Assembly (NCBI GenBank): GCA_034667225.1
Contig: JAXDKG010000051.1
Location: forward strand, 106,657-170,656
Reading direction: 5' to 3'
Origin: Acidobacteriota bacterium
Lineage (GTDB): Bacteria > Acidobacteriota > Thermoanaerobaculia > Multivoradales > UBA5704
DNA length: 64,000 nt
Program-made: the position numbers and the translations under genes
Notes under the pieces: generated by a model
What the model was told of the DNA's origin: nothing
Seen by the model: only the letters and a program-made list of their open reading frames with translations
The model's database searches: none
In this document: positions 1 to 9,782 of the stretch, one piece after another
Layout: each line of letters starts with the position of its first letter
How positions within the stretch are numbered: position 1 is the stretch's first letter

Positions 1-733
1 GACCGCGGAAAAGATCGTGGCGCAGCGCGCCAAGACCGGGCTGTTCACCTCCTGGGACCAGCTCGCCGGCCTCGGCGGTCTCTCTCCGGCGGCGCTTCAG
101 TCCCTGCAGCAGCGGGCCACCCTGGGCAACTTCGGAGTGCTCGGCGTCGAGACTGTCGGTCCGCAGATCGGCGAGGAGCTGCGCATGCAGGGCCTCTACG
201 CGGTGCTGCTGTCGCTGGTCGGCATGCTGATCTACATCTGGGTGCGCTTCGAGCTGCGCTTCGGCGTGGGTGCGATCATGGCCTGCGTCCACGACGTGCT
301 GGTCACGCTCGGCCTGTTCGCGCTCTTCGGCTTCGAGTTCAACCTGACCACGATCGCGGCCTTCCTGACCCTGATCGGTTACTCGGTCAACGACACGGTG
401 GTGATCTTCGACCGCATCCGCGAGAACATGCGGAAGACCCGCCGCAAGCCGCTGCTCGAGATCATGAACGAGAGCATCAACCAGACGCTGTCGCGCACGA
501 TCCTGACCGGCGGCTCGACGCTGCTCGTCCTCGGAGCCCTGCTCTGGCTGGGCGGCGACGTGATCCGCGGCTTCGCGTTCGTGATGCTGGTCGGCATCCT
601 GGTGGGCACGTACTCGTCGATCTACGTGGCGAGCCCGTTCGCGCTCCTCTGGGAGGACTGGTTCGGGCCCGCGGCCAAGGCCCGCCGCGCTGGCCGCGCC
701 ACTGAAACTCCTGCACATACCAAAGCCGGCTAG
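1..733 (+). CDS. secF: protein-export membrane protein SecF (5' partial, continues upstream of window)
   Basis: ORF 17-733 has no upstream stop; multi-TM sequence with SecF-type motifs (GYSVNDTVVIFDRIREN); ends TAG at 733. Confidence 0.8.
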   Translation, partial: TAEKIVAQRAKTGLFTSWDQLAGLGGLSPAALQSLQQRATLGNFGVLGVETVGPQIGEELRMQGLYAVLLSLVGMLIYIWVRFELRFGVGAIMACVHDVLVTLGLFALFGFEFNLTTIAAFLTLIGYSVNDTVVIFDRIRENMRKTRRKPLLEIMNESINQTLSRTILTGGSTLLVLGALLWLGGDVIRGFAFVMLVGILVGTYSSIYVASPFALLWEDWFGPAAKARRAGRATETPAHTKAG

Positions 734-805
734 GACTTTCTGCCTGACGTTCTGCGTTAGAATCAAGGACCCGGAGTAGCACTTCTGCTCCGGGCCCCGT
801 GACTC

Positions 806-3061
806 ATGTCGCCGGCCCGAACAACCTTCGCTGCTCCCGTGCTCCCTGCACGGGCGACGCGCGTGGAAGACGTTTTCTCCACGCTCTCCGCCCACGGCCG
901 CCCCTTTGACCCCCAGCTCCTCGGCAGGGTTTACGAGTTTTCGCGGGAGATGCACAAGGACCAGCTCCGCCGCTCCGGCGAGCCGTACCTGATCCATCCC
1001 CTCAACGTCGCCTGGCTCCTCGCCGACCTCAACTTCGATCAGACGTGCGTCGCCGTCGGGCTCCTCCACGACGTGCTCGAAGACACGCTCACCAGCCGCG
1101 AGGTCCTGGAAAAAGAGTTCGGGCCCGAGATCGCAGAGCTCGTGGACGGCGTCACCAAGATCGGCCGCCACGAATACGTGCGCCGCGACGAAGCGCAGGC
1201 CGAAACCTTCCGCAAGATGATCCTGGCCTCGGCCAAGGACATCCGCGTCATCCTGGTCAAGCTCGCCGACCGCCTGCATAACATGCAGACCCTCGAGCCG
1301 CTGACGCCCGAGTCGCGGCGCCGCATCTCGCGCGAGACGCTGGAGATCTACGCGCCCATCGCGCACCGGCTGGGCATGGCCAAGGTCAAGGGCGACCTCG
1401 AAGACCTCGCCTTCTTCTATCTCTGGCCGCACCAGTTCGGCGAGCTGCACTCGAAGATCGCCGAGAAGATGCGCGCGATGGAGCGCGACACGCAGCGCAT
1501 CCGCGAGCGCCTCGCGCGCAGCCTGGAAGAGGCCGGCATCGACGCCGAGATCAGCTTCCGGGTCAAGCGCTACTACTCGATCTTCCAGAAGCTGCAGCGC
1601 CAGGGCGTCGACATCGACCAGCTCTACGACTACCTAGCCTTCCGCATCGTCACGGTCAACCTGCGCGACACCTACGCCGGGCTCGGCGTGGTCCACCAGA
1701 ACTGGCGCCCGATCCCGGGCCGGTTCAAGGACTACATCGCGATGCCCAAGCCCAACCTCTACCAGTCGCTGCACACGACGGTCGTGGGCGAGCGCGGCCA
1801 GCCGTTCGAGGTGCAGATCCGCACCCGCGAGATGGACCTGATCGCGGAAGAGGGGATCGCGGCCCACTGGCGCTACAAGGAGGGACGGCTGGAGACCCGC
1901 GGTAGTGGCGGGGGAGGGGACGACCAGAACATCCTCTGGCTGCGCCAGCTCCTGGAATGGCAGAAGGAGGTGCAGGATCCCCGCACCTTCCTCACCACGC
2001 TCAAGGTCGACCTCTATCCGGACGAGGTCTACGTGTTCACGCCCAAGGGCGACGTGCTCTCGTTCCCGCGCGGTGCGACTCCGCTCGACTTCGCCTACAA
2101 GGTGCACACCGATCTCGGCCATCACTGCGCCGGGGCGCGGCTCAACGGCCGGCTGGTGCCGCTGCGCACCGCGCTCCAGAACGGCGACATGGTGGAGATC
2201 GTCACCAACGCGAACCGCAACCCGAGCCGCGACTGGCTGAACTTCGTCACCACCTCGCGCGCCAAGAGCAAGATCCGGCAATGGCTCAACACGCAGCAGA
2301 AGCAGCGCGCCATGGAGATCGGCCGCCGGCTGCTGGACAAGGAGCTGCGCAAGTTCGGCGTGACGGTCAAGAAGTTCCTCGACGATCCGGCGCTCGCCAC
2401 CTACCTGCACGAGGAGGGGCTGTCCCGGGCCGACGACCTGTTCAGCCGCCTGGGCTTCGGCAAGGCCGAGACGCGGCACGTGCTGGCGCGGGTGCTCGGC
2501 GAGGAGAAGATGGCCGAGCCCGAGGAGAAGCCGAGCCGCATCCGCCAGGTGGTGAGCAAGATCCTGCCGTTCGGCGCCGGCGGAGGCGCGGGTCCGATCA
2601 CGGTCAAGGGGCAGGGCGACATGCTGGCCTACCTCGCCAAGTGCTGCAACCCGCTGCCGGGGGAGGACATCGTCGGCTACGTGACACGCGGCCGCGGGGT
2701 CTCGGTGCATTCGACCCACTGCCCGAACGTGCAGAACCTGCTCTACAACCCGGAGCGCGAGATCGAGGTGCAGTGGGACCAGGGGCGGGACGAGGTCTAC
2801 CAGGTCTCGCTGATGATCGAGACCGCCGACCAGCCCGGCATGCTGGCGAAGCTGACCGAGGCGATCACCAAGGTGGGGAGCAACATCACGCAGTTCGAGG
2901 CCGAGACCCACGAGACGGGCCGGGCCTCGATCGGCGTGGTCTGCCAGCTCAAGGACCGCAAGCAGCTCGACAAGCTGCTGCGCGAGGTGCGCGGGATCCC
3001 GGGAGTGCTGCGGGTGGACCGGAAGACGACGGGCGGCGGGAAGATGGCGGAGGCGCACTAG
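806..3061 (+). CDS. relA: bifunctional (p)ppGpp synthetase/hydrolase, RelA/SpoT family
   Basis: 751 aa; HD hydrolase motif (HPLNVAWLLADL...LLHDVLEDT), RelA/SpoT synthetase region (RVKRYYSIFQKL...FRIV), TGS and C-terminal ACT-like domain. Confidence 0.9.
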   Translation: MSPARTTFAAPVLPARATRVEDVFSTLSAHGRPFDPQLLGRVYEFSREMHKDQLRRSGEPYLIHPLNVAWLLADLNFDQTCVAVGLLHDVLEDTLTSREVLEKEFGPEIAELVDGVTKIGRHEYVRRDEAQAETFRKMILASAKDIRVILVKLADRLHNMQTLEPLTPESRRRISRETLEIYAPIAHRLGMAKVKGDLEDLAFFYLWPHQFGELHSKIAEKMRAMERDTQRIRERLARSLEEAGIDAEISFRVKRYYSIFQKLQRQGVDIDQLYDYLAFRIVTVNLRDTYAGLGVVHQNWRPIPGRFKDYIAMPKPNLYQSLHTTVVGERGQPFEVQIRTREMDLIAEEGIAAHWRYKEGRLETRGSGGGGDDQNILWLRQLLEWQKEVQDPRTFLTTLKVDLYPDEVYVFTPKGDVLSFPRGATPLDFAYKVHTDLGHHCAGARLNGRLVPLRTALQNGDMVEIVTNANRNPSRDWLNFVTTSRAKSKIRQWLNTQQKQRAMEIGRRLLDKELRKFGVTVKKFLDDPALATYLHEEGLSRADDLFSRLGFGKAETRHVLARVLGEEKMAEPEEKPSRIRQVVSKILPFGAGGGAGPITVKGQGDMLAYLAKCCNPLPGEDIVGYVTRGRGVSVHSTHCPNVQNLLYNPEREIEVQWDQGRDEVYQVSLMIETADQPGMLAKLTEAITKVGSNITQFEAETHETGRASIGVVCQLKDRKQLDKLLREVRGIPGVLRVDRKTTGGGKMAEAH

Positions 3062-3103
3062 CCGGCCGGGCATCAGCCTGGGGATGCGGGAGGGGGTGAG
3101 CTT

Positions 3104-3337
3104 CTAGCCCTGCTGCGTCTGCTGGTCTTCCGGCTTCCACTTGCGCGCCGGAGCCTTCACTACCTTGCCGCTGCGCAGGCAGCGGGTGCAGACGCGCACG
3201 TGGCGCACGGCGCCGTCCACCAGCGCGCGGACGCGCTGCAGGTTCGGCTCCCAGGTGCGCGAAGTCACGTTGTGGGCGTGGCTGATGTTGCGGCCGAACA
3301 CGGTGCCCTTGCCGCAGATCTCGCATTGCTTGGCCAT
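3104..3337 (-). CDS. rpmB: 50S ribosomal protein L28
   Basis: 77 aa, MAKQCEICGKGTVFGRNISHAHNVTSRTWEPNLQRVR matches L28 family. Confidence 0.85.
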   Translation of the reverse strand: MAKQCEICGKGTVFGRNISHAHNVTSRTWEPNLQRVRALVDGAVRHVRVCTRCLRSGKVVKAPARKWKPEDQQTQQG

Positions 3338-3544
3338 GGTGCTATCTCTCCAGTGTCTCTTGAATTCAGATGGGCCCCGAGGGGCAGGGTAAGATAGCAG
3401 AAGACCGCCTCCTCCGCAATCCCGCCCCCTGATCCCGCCTTGCGCGGGGGCACCGAATCTTCCTCAAACAAAGGGCTTGCGTTCTCAAAAAAGCAGGTGT
3501 ACAGTTCCCTCACTGGTTCATATAGCCATAGATACATGTTCAGC

Positions 3545-3573
3545 TTGACACCGGTGTCTTTTGCTGCTAGGTT
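3545..3573 (+). promoter_or_regulatory. candidate sigma70-type promoter for pilM operon (TTGACA-N17-TAGGTT)
   Basis: consensus -35 hexamer with 17-nt spacer and AT-rich -10 in the divergent rpmB/pilM intergenic region, ~70 nt upstream of the pilM start. Confidence 0.4.
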
Positions 3574-3642
3574 GCAGTGAAGCTTTAAGTATCACCGGGT
3601 AAGTAGGCTTGTTAGCTGGACTTTCAAGGGAGCTGAAACGCC

Positions 3643-4704
3643 GTGCTCTTCTCGCGCTCGAAAAAGAGTGTCGTAGGGCTGGACATCGGAAGCTCCGGGA
3701 TCAAGCTGGTCGAGCTCAAGGAGCGCAAGCAGGGCGAGTTCACCCTGATGCGCCTCGGGGTCGAGCCGCTCTCTCCGGAAGCGATCGTGGATGGCTCGAT
3801 CATGGACTCGTCGCTGGTCGTGGACGCGATCCACCGCCTGAACGACCAGACCAAGGTCAAGAGCACCAACTACGCCACCTCGCTGTCCGGCCACTCGGTG
3901 ATCATCAAGAAGATCCAGCTCCCCTCCATGCCCCTGGAGGAGCTGGACGAGTCGATCAAGTGGGAGGCGGAGCAGTACATCCCCTTCGACATCAACGACG
4001 TCCGCCTGAGCTACGAGGTGCTCTCCGAGGGTGAGCCCGGCCGGGACAACATGGACGTGCTGCTGGTGGCGGTCAAGCGCGACAAGGTCAACGACTACGT
4101 CTCGGTAATCAGCCAGACCGGCAAGACCCCCACGATCGTGGACGTCGACGCCTTCGCGGTGCAGAACGCCTACGAGGCCAATTACGACCTCAATCCGCGC
4201 TCGGTCGTCGCCCTGATCAACATGGGGGCGAGCGTCACCAACATCAACATCCTGTCGCGCGGCACGACGGTGTTCTGGCGCGACATCACGATGGGCGGCA
4301 ACCACTTCACCGAGTCGCTGCAGCGCGAGTTCAACCTGTCGTTCCAGCAGGCGGAGGCGCTGAAGCGCGGCGATCCGGTCGACCGCTACACGGCGGCGGA
4401 CGCCCGCGGCGTGCTGGAGAAGGTGTCGGCGGAGATGGCGTCGGAGATCCGCAAGACCTTCGACTTCTTCTCGGCCACCTCGTCGGAGGGTCCGGTCGAC
4501 GAGCTGGTGCTCTCCGGCGGCTGCGCGCTCACCCCGAACCTGCTGCAAGTGCTGCGCGAGCGCTTCGAAGTGCCCACCGAGCTGATGAACCCGCTCAAGC
4601 GGATCCATTACAAGGAGAGCGACTTCGACGCCACGTGGCTGCAGTCGATCGCGCCGATGATGGCGGTGGCGGTGGGGCTCGGCATCCGCAAGGTGGGGGA
4701 GTAG
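3643..4704 (+). CDS. pilM: type IV pilus assembly protein PilM
   Basis: 353 aa, GTG start; actin-like ATPase fold signature VGLDIGSSGIKLVEL; first gene of pilMNOPQ synteny. Confidence 0.85.
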   Translation: MLFSRSKKSVVGLDIGSSGIKLVELKERKQGEFTLMRLGVEPLSPEAIVDGSIMDSSLVVDAIHRLNDQTKVKSTNYATSLSGHSVIIKKIQLPSMPLEELDESIKWEAEQYIPFDINDVRLSYEVLSEGEPGRDNMDVLLVAVKRDKVNDYVSVISQTGKTPTIVDVDAFAVQNAYEANYDLNPRSVVALINMGASVTNINILSRGTTVFWRDITMGGNHFTESLQREFNLSFQQAEALKRGDPVDRYTAADARGVLEKVSAEMASEIRKTFDFFSATSSEGPVDELVLSGGCALTPNLLQVLRERFEVPTELMNPLKRIHYKESDFDATWLQSIAPMMAVAVGLGIRKVGE

Positions 4705-4707
4705 CCC

Positions 4708-5337
4708 ATGATCAAGATCAATCTCCTGAGCGAAGGCAAGCGGGCGGTCCGCAAGGCCAAGCCGGCGGCCTCCCTCCTCGAAGGCAAGGACATCGGGCAG
4801 TACCTGATCGTCATCGGCCTGCTGATCGGCGCGCTCGCCTCGGGCTGGTTCTGGTGGACCCTCAAGCAGAAGATCGCCGACCAGCAGGAAGAGATCTCCA
4901 TCGCCCAGGCCGAAGTGGAAGCCCTGGGCGCGGTGATCAGGGAGGTCGAGGAGTACAAGGGCAAGAAGGCCGAGCTCGAGCGCAAGATCGGGATCATCAA
5001 CGACCTCAAGGCCAACCAGAAGGGCCCGGTGCGGATCATGGACTACGTGTCCAAGGCCCTGCCCGAGCTGCTCTGGATGGACCGCATGACGATGAACGCC
5101 ACCACGATCGTGCTCGAGGGCCGGGCGTTCAACACCAACGCCGTGGCGGCGCTCATCGAGAACCTCGACAAGGTCCCGGAGTTCGAGGAGCCGACGCTGC
5201 GCGACGCGACCGAGCAGGGCGGCATCTACAGGTTCGTGATCGACTTCAACTATAAGTTCGAAGCGCCCAAGCCGGAGAAGGCCGCCGGGGACGACACCAA
5301 GCCGGGTGCACCGGCGTCCCCCGCGACTTCCGGGTAG
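4708..5337 (+). CDS. pilN: type IV pilus assembly protein PilN
   Basis: 209 aa, MIKINLL N-terminus, single TM, coiled coil; synteny after pilM. Confidence 0.8.
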   Translation: MIKINLLSEGKRAVRKAKPAASLLEGKDIGQYLIVIGLLIGALASGWFWWTLKQKIADQQEEISIAQAEVEALGAVIREVEEYKGKKAELERKIGIINDLKANQKGPVRIMDYVSKALPELLWMDRMTMNATTIVLEGRAFNTNAVAALIENLDKVPEFEEPTLRDATEQGGIYRFVIDFNYKFEAPKPEKAAGDDTKPGAPASPATSG

Positions 5338-5349
5338 GAGGGAAACCCG

Positions 5350-6015
5350 GTGGCGTTGAAGACCGGATTGGAAGGCAAACCCTGGTATTACGGCCTGGGC
5401 ATCGGGCTCGCCCTCGGGGCGGCGATCTTCGGCGTCGTCAACTGGCAGGTGCTCACCCCGATGAGGGACCAGCTCGTGGCCGGTGAGCAGCAGCTCTCCG
5501 AGCTGCAGAACAAGATCCAGGAAGGGCGGGCGGCCAAGCAGCAGCTCCCCAGGTTCCGCGAGGAGGTCCGCCAGCTCGAGATGGAGCTCGACAAGCTCCT
5601 GCGCATTCTGCCGGCGCGGCGCAACACGCCAGACCTCCTGCGCCGCATCCGCTCCCTGACCGAGCAGGGCGACTTCGCCATGCGGCGCTTCACCCCCGGC
5701 CAGCTTTCCGACCGGGAGTTCTTCAGCGAGTGGCCGATCGCGGTCAGCGTCGACGGCGGGTACCACAACCTCGCCCTCTTCTTCGACCGCATCAGCCGCT
5801 TCTCGCGCATCATCAACATCGAGGACCTCACCATCACCGCCCTGTCCGGAGCGAACGGAACCCACACCCTGTCGGCGAACTTCAATGCCAAGACGTTCGT
5901 CTACAAGGAGGCACCGCCGCCTTCCGCGACGCCGGCCGCGGCGCCGGCCGCCGCCGAACCCTCGGCGATGGAACGCGCCCGCGCAGCCCAGGCCCAGGGA
6001 GGAGGACCGGAATGA
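5350..6015 (+). CDS. pilO: type IV pilus assembly protein PilO
   Basis: 221 aa, N-terminal TM, coiled coil; GGAGGG RBS before GTG; synteny. Confidence 0.7.
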   Translation: MALKTGLEGKPWYYGLGIGLALGAAIFGVVNWQVLTPMRDQLVAGEQQLSELQNKIQEGRAAKQQLPRFREEVRQLEMELDKLLRILPARRNTPDLLRRIRSLTEQGDFAMRRFTPGQLSDREFFSEWPIAVSVDGGYHNLALFFDRISRFSRIINIEDLTITALSGANGTHTLSANFNAKTFVYKEAPPPSATPAAAPAAAEPSAMERARAAQAQGGGPE

Positions 6016-6563
6016 AGAACCACATCCGCGCCAGGATCCTCCTGGCCTGCCTCCTACTCCTGCCGGGGCTCGGCGCCCTTGCGCTCGCCCAGGCCCCGCA
6101 GTCTCCTCCTCCGGCAACTCCGCCGCCGGCAGGCAACGAGGATGGCTTCCTCGGTGCGCCGACGCCGGACACGGGCGACATCGACGAGATCCTCGAGGGC
6201 GAGGAGGAGGTCCTCTCCGGCAGCGGCGGCTTTACCTACGATCCCGGCAACCGTCGGGATCCCTTCAAGTCCCTGCTCACCGGGCCGGAGAAGGCCGAGC
6301 AGCACGGACCCCGGCCGGAGGGCATCCCCGGGCTGCTGATCGACGAGATCCAGCTCCTCGGGATCTGGCGTACGCCCCGCGGCTACGTGGCCCAGATCAG
6401 GGCTTCGAACAAGAGCTTCCTCCTGCGAGAGGGAGACCAGCTCTTCGACGGAGACGTGGTGACCATCCAGAAGAACGAAGTCGTCTTCAAGCAGCAGGTT
6501 CAGGATCCGACCGCCCTGAAGCCGTTCCGCGAGGTGGTCAAGAACCTTAGTCCCGCCCGGTGA
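6012..6563 (+). CDS. pilP: type IV pilus assembly lipoprotein PilP
   Basis: ATG at 6012 overlaps the pilO stop (ATGA); signal peptide MKNHIRARILLACLLLLPGLGALALA; Pro-rich linker and C-terminal beta domain; synteny. Confidence 0.65.
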   Translation: MKNHIRARILLACLLLLPGLGALALAQAPQSPPPATPPPAGNEDGFLGAPTPDTGDIDEILEGEEEVLSGSGGFTYDPGNRRDPFKSLLTGPEKAEQHGPRPEGIPGLLIDEIQLLGIWRTPRGYVAQIRASNKSFLLREGDQLFDGDVVTIQKNEVVFKQQVQDPTALKPFREVVKNLSPAR

Positions 6564-6597
6564 GGGCCGTTTGTTTTCAGGTCCGGAGGCGAGTGCC

Positions 6598-9207
6598 ATG
6601 GGAGATGTAGTGAAAAGAAGACAGAACGACCGATGGCAGCGTCTGTGCGCATCGGCGACCATCCTGGCCCTGGCAGCGGGGTTCGGCTGCACCTCCTCGA
6701 AGCCGGCCCGTGTCGTCGAGGCCGCGCCGGCTTCCCGTCAGTCACCGGCCGCACAGGGCGCCGCGGTGGCCGAAATCCGCACGCTCGATCTGCGTGAAGG
6801 GGCGCCTGAGGTCTTCGTCGACCTCGTGTCGAGCGCGCCCCTCGTGTGGACCAGCTTCCGCAACGCCGACGGCAAGGTCGTCGTCGAGCTTCCCAACTCG
6901 GCCGCCAGAGAGGGTCTCGCCGACCTCTCCCCCGCGGACGGGCTGGTCTCCGCGCTGCAGGTCCAGCGCAACCCGGAGGGGAGCCGCGCGATGACCCGCC
7001 TGGTCATTGCCACCCGGCAGGAGGTGGAGCACTCCATCTCCGCCGACGGCAACCGCCTTCAGATCCGGCTGCTCCCCATCGAGCAGCAGGCAGAGTCCGA
7101 GCCCGCGAAGCTCGCCTTCGAGCCGCTCGGTCCCGACAGCCCGCGCGGCGAGGAGCCGGCGGTTGAGCCCGAGCCCGCGGCCAGCGAGCCCGAGCCGGTC
7201 CAGGTCGCGACGTCCGCGCCCTCGGGCCCGGTCAACCTCGGTACTCCGGACCGTCCGGCCGTAGCTCCGGCCCCGTCCGGCGTCACGGCCACGCGGCTCG
7301 AAGGGATCGAAGTCCTGACCTCCGATGGCGGCGCGGTCATCCGCATCGGCGGCGACGGCGAGTTCCCCTACTCGACCTTCGCCCTGGACGCGCCCAGCCG
7401 CTTCATCATCGACCTCGAAGGGGTCGTGAACCGCAGCCCGCGCTCGACGCTGTCGGTCGAGGGCGGCATCGTCGAGCGGGTGCGGGTGGCCCAGTTCAAG
7501 CCGCTCCCCAAGCCCGTCTCGCGCGTGGTCTTCGATCTGAGCCGCGGCGTGGTGCCGGTCATCGAGCGCACCGCGGATGCCCTGGTGGTGAGCTTCCCCA
7601 GCGCCTCGGGCAACGCCACCGTCAAGGTGTCGCCCGCCGCCTGGGTCGCCGCGGCAAAGATCGAAGAAGAGCCGGAGCCCGAGCCGGTTCGTGAGGCGCG
7701 CTCGCCGCGGCCCGCGGCCCAGGTCTCGGACCTGGCCCTGGCCCAGGGTGGCTCCAGCGCCCGCCGCGAGCCGGAGATCGAGGTCGAAGAGGCCGCCGAG
7801 GCCAATCCCGCGCCCCCGCCGACGGCGCCGCCGCCGCCGGTAGCCCCGACCGCGGCGGATGATTCGATGGTCCAGGTGCGCCCCGCGACGCGCCGGCCGG
7901 CCGCGGCCACCGAGGTCCCCGCCACCGGCAGCAGCACCGGCGCCGCGATCCAGAGCTTCGAGACTCAGGCCATCGGCACCGACCGGGTGTACACCGGCGA
8001 GCCGATCGACCTCAAAGTCACCAACGCCGACGTGACCGAGGTGATCCGCACGTTCGCCCAGATCAGCGGCCTCAACGTCCTGGTGCAGCCCGGCGTGCAG
8101 GGCGCCGTCACCGCGGAGCTGGAGAATGTTCCCTGGGACCAGGCGCTGGAGCAGATCCTCAAGATCAACGGCCTGGGCTACGAGGTCGAAGGCAACGTGA
8201 TGCGCATCGCCCCGGTGGCGATCCTGCGCCAGGAAGCCCAGGAAGAGCAGCAGCTCGCGGCGGCCAAGGCGCTGTCGATCCCGCTGCAGACCATCTACCG
8301 GCGGCTCAGCTATGCCAATGCCGCCCAGATCTCGCAGCTTCTGCGCAGCGGCCAGGCCGGCCTGCTGTCGCAGCGCGGCAGCGTGATCGTGGACGACCGG
8401 ACGAACAGCCTGATCATCAAGGAGCTGCCGGCTTTCATGGACACGATCGTGTCGGTGATCGACCGGCTCGACTCGCCCGAGCCGCAGGTCATGATCGAGG
8501 CCCGGATCATCGAGACGACGAAGCGGTTCACCCGCGAGTTCGGCATCGACTGGGGCTTCTCCGGGATCGCCAGCCCGGCGACCGGCAACACGAGCGGCCT
8601 GGTCTTCCCGAACCAGGGCACGGTCACCGGCGGCGTCAACGTACCGGGCGGCGGCGATGCCGGCACGCTCAGCTTCCGGCTCGGCAACGTGCTCAACACC
8701 TTCACCCTGGACGTCGCGCTCCAGGCGGCCGAGAGCGAGGGCCTGATCAACATCCTGTCCGCGCCCAAGGTGGCCACGCTCAACAACCAGCAGGCCTCGA
8801 TCCAGAGCGGCCTGCAGATCCCGATCCAGACGATCGCCAACAACACGGTGACCGTGCAATACGTGTCCGCCACCCTGCAGCTCCAGGTGACGCCGCAGGT
8901 GACGGCCGAGGGCACCGTGCTCATGACGATCATGATCTCGAAGCGCGAGCCGCAGCTCGCCTTCCTGGTCCCGGGCGCCACCAACGCCCCGATCGCGACC
9001 AAGGAGGCCACGACCCGCCTGCTCGTCCGCGACGGCGGCACCGCGGTCATCGGCGGCATCTACAAAGTGTCCACCGACCAGGGCGAGGACCGGGTCCCCG
9101 GCCTGGCGAACATCCCGATCATCGGCAACCTGTTCAAGAACAAATCCCGGCGTGAAGAGAACGAGGAGCTGCTCATCTTCATCACCCCCAGGATCATGAA
9201 GCTTTGA
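6598..9207 (+). CDS. pilQ: type IV pilus secretin PilQ
   Basis: ATG at 6598 with GGAGG RBS (six-frame track starts at 6571); lipoprotein-like signal; AMIN-type N-domains; C-terminal secretin domain (…NIPIIGNLFKNKSRREENEELLIFITPRIMKL). Confidence 0.85.
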   Translation: MGDVVKRRQNDRWQRLCASATILALAAGFGCTSSKPARVVEAAPASRQSPAAQGAAVAEIRTLDLREGAPEVFVDLVSSAPLVWTSFRNADGKVVVELPNSAAREGLADLSPADGLVSALQVQRNPEGSRAMTRLVIATRQEVEHSISADGNRLQIRLLPIEQQAESEPAKLAFEPLGPDSPRGEEPAVEPEPAASEPEPVQVATSAPSGPVNLGTPDRPAVAPAPSGVTATRLEGIEVLTSDGGAVIRIGGDGEFPYSTFALDAPSRFIIDLEGVVNRSPRSTLSVEGGIVERVRVAQFKPLPKPVSRVVFDLSRGVVPVIERTADALVVSFPSASGNATVKVSPAAWVAAAKIEEEPEPEPVREARSPRPAAQVSDLALAQGGSSARREPEIEVEEAAEANPAPPPTAPPPPVAPTAADDSMVQVRPATRRPAAATEVPATGSSTGAAIQSFETQAIGTDRVYTGEPIDLKVTNADVTEVIRTFAQISGLNVLVQPGVQGAVTAELENVPWDQALEQILKINGLGYEVEGNVMRIAPVAILRQEAQEEQQLAAAKALSIPLQTIYRRLSYANAAQISQLLRSGQAGLLSQRGSVIVDDRTNSLIIKELPAFMDTIVSVIDRLDSPEPQVMIEARIIETTKRFTREFGIDWGFSGIASPATGNTSGLVFPNQGTVTGGVNVPGGGDAGTLSFRLGNVLNTFTLDVALQAAESEGLINILSAPKVATLNNQQASIQSGLQIPIQTIANNTVTVQYVSATLQLQVTPQVTAEGTVLMTIMISKREPQLAFLVPGATNAPIATKEATTRLLVRDGGTAVIGGIYKVSTDQGEDRVPGLANIPIIGNLFKNKSRREENEELLIFITPRIMKL

Positions 9208-9224
9208 CCGGCAGGAGCGCGAAA

Positions 9225-9764
9225 ATGAAACGTACGGGCACTTTTCTAGTCTTGGCCATCCTGGTCCTCGCCCTCGGCAGCTGCCAGAGCCGGACCGATC
9301 TCAGCGAAGGCTCCGTGATCCTGTCGGTGACCGACTTCGACGAGCTGCCTTTGCTGGTCAGCGTCAGCGGCGGCGGTCCCACGCAGGTGGGTGAGGTCAC
9401 GCTCCAGAACTTCGCCAAGGACCCGAACGGCACCACCAGCGATCTGCAAGGGATCGAGCTGCGCAGCTACGAGGTGCGCTACTCCCGGCGCGACACCGGA
9501 ACTCGCCTGCCGCCGCCGATGGTGCAGTCGCTCTTCAGCCTGGTCCCGGCCAACGGCTCGGCGACGATCTCGAACCTGCAGTTCCTCTCCTTGAACCAGC
9601 TGCTCAATCCGCCGCTGTCCGACCTGGCCACCGCCGGAGCGGACCGGGAGACGGGCAGCCAGGTCATCGTCCTCAACGTGACCATGCGTTTTTTCGGCCG
9701 GACGCTCGCGGGCGATGACATCGCCTCCGATCCGGCTTCGTTTACGGTCGAAGTCGTGCCGTAA
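9225..9764 (+). CDS. lipoprotein of unknown function (downstream of pilQ)
   Basis: AGGAG RBS 8 nt before ATG 9225; signal plus lipobox (LVLALGSC). Confidence 0.55.
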   Translation: MKRTGTFLVLAILVLALGSCQSRTDLSEGSVILSVTDFDELPLLVSVSGGGPTQVGEVTLQNFAKDPNGTTSDLQGIELRSYEVRYSRRDTGTRLPPPMVQSLFSLVPANGSATISNLQFLSLNQLLNPPLSDLATAGADRETGSQVIVLNVTMRFFGRTLAGDDIASDPASFTVEVVP

Positions 9765-9782
9765 CCTTTTCAGGAGCAAGGT

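Noticed and set aside
1634-3073. Long antisense ORF (479 aa) opposite relA; similar long antisense ORFs at 3592-6117, 6742-8859, 9246-13052, 12952-14490, 19113-21557, 36574-38418, 38274-40295 and 51701-53374
   Set aside because: High GC suppresses stop codons. The opposite strand carries strong family signatures (RelA, PilMNO, PilQ, CcmF, ProS and so on), while these translations are Arg/Gly/Pro-rich low-complexity sequence without motifs.
3141-3397. Small plus-strand ORFs overlapping rpmB
   Set aside because: Antisense to a well-conserved ribosomal protein gene; no RBS.
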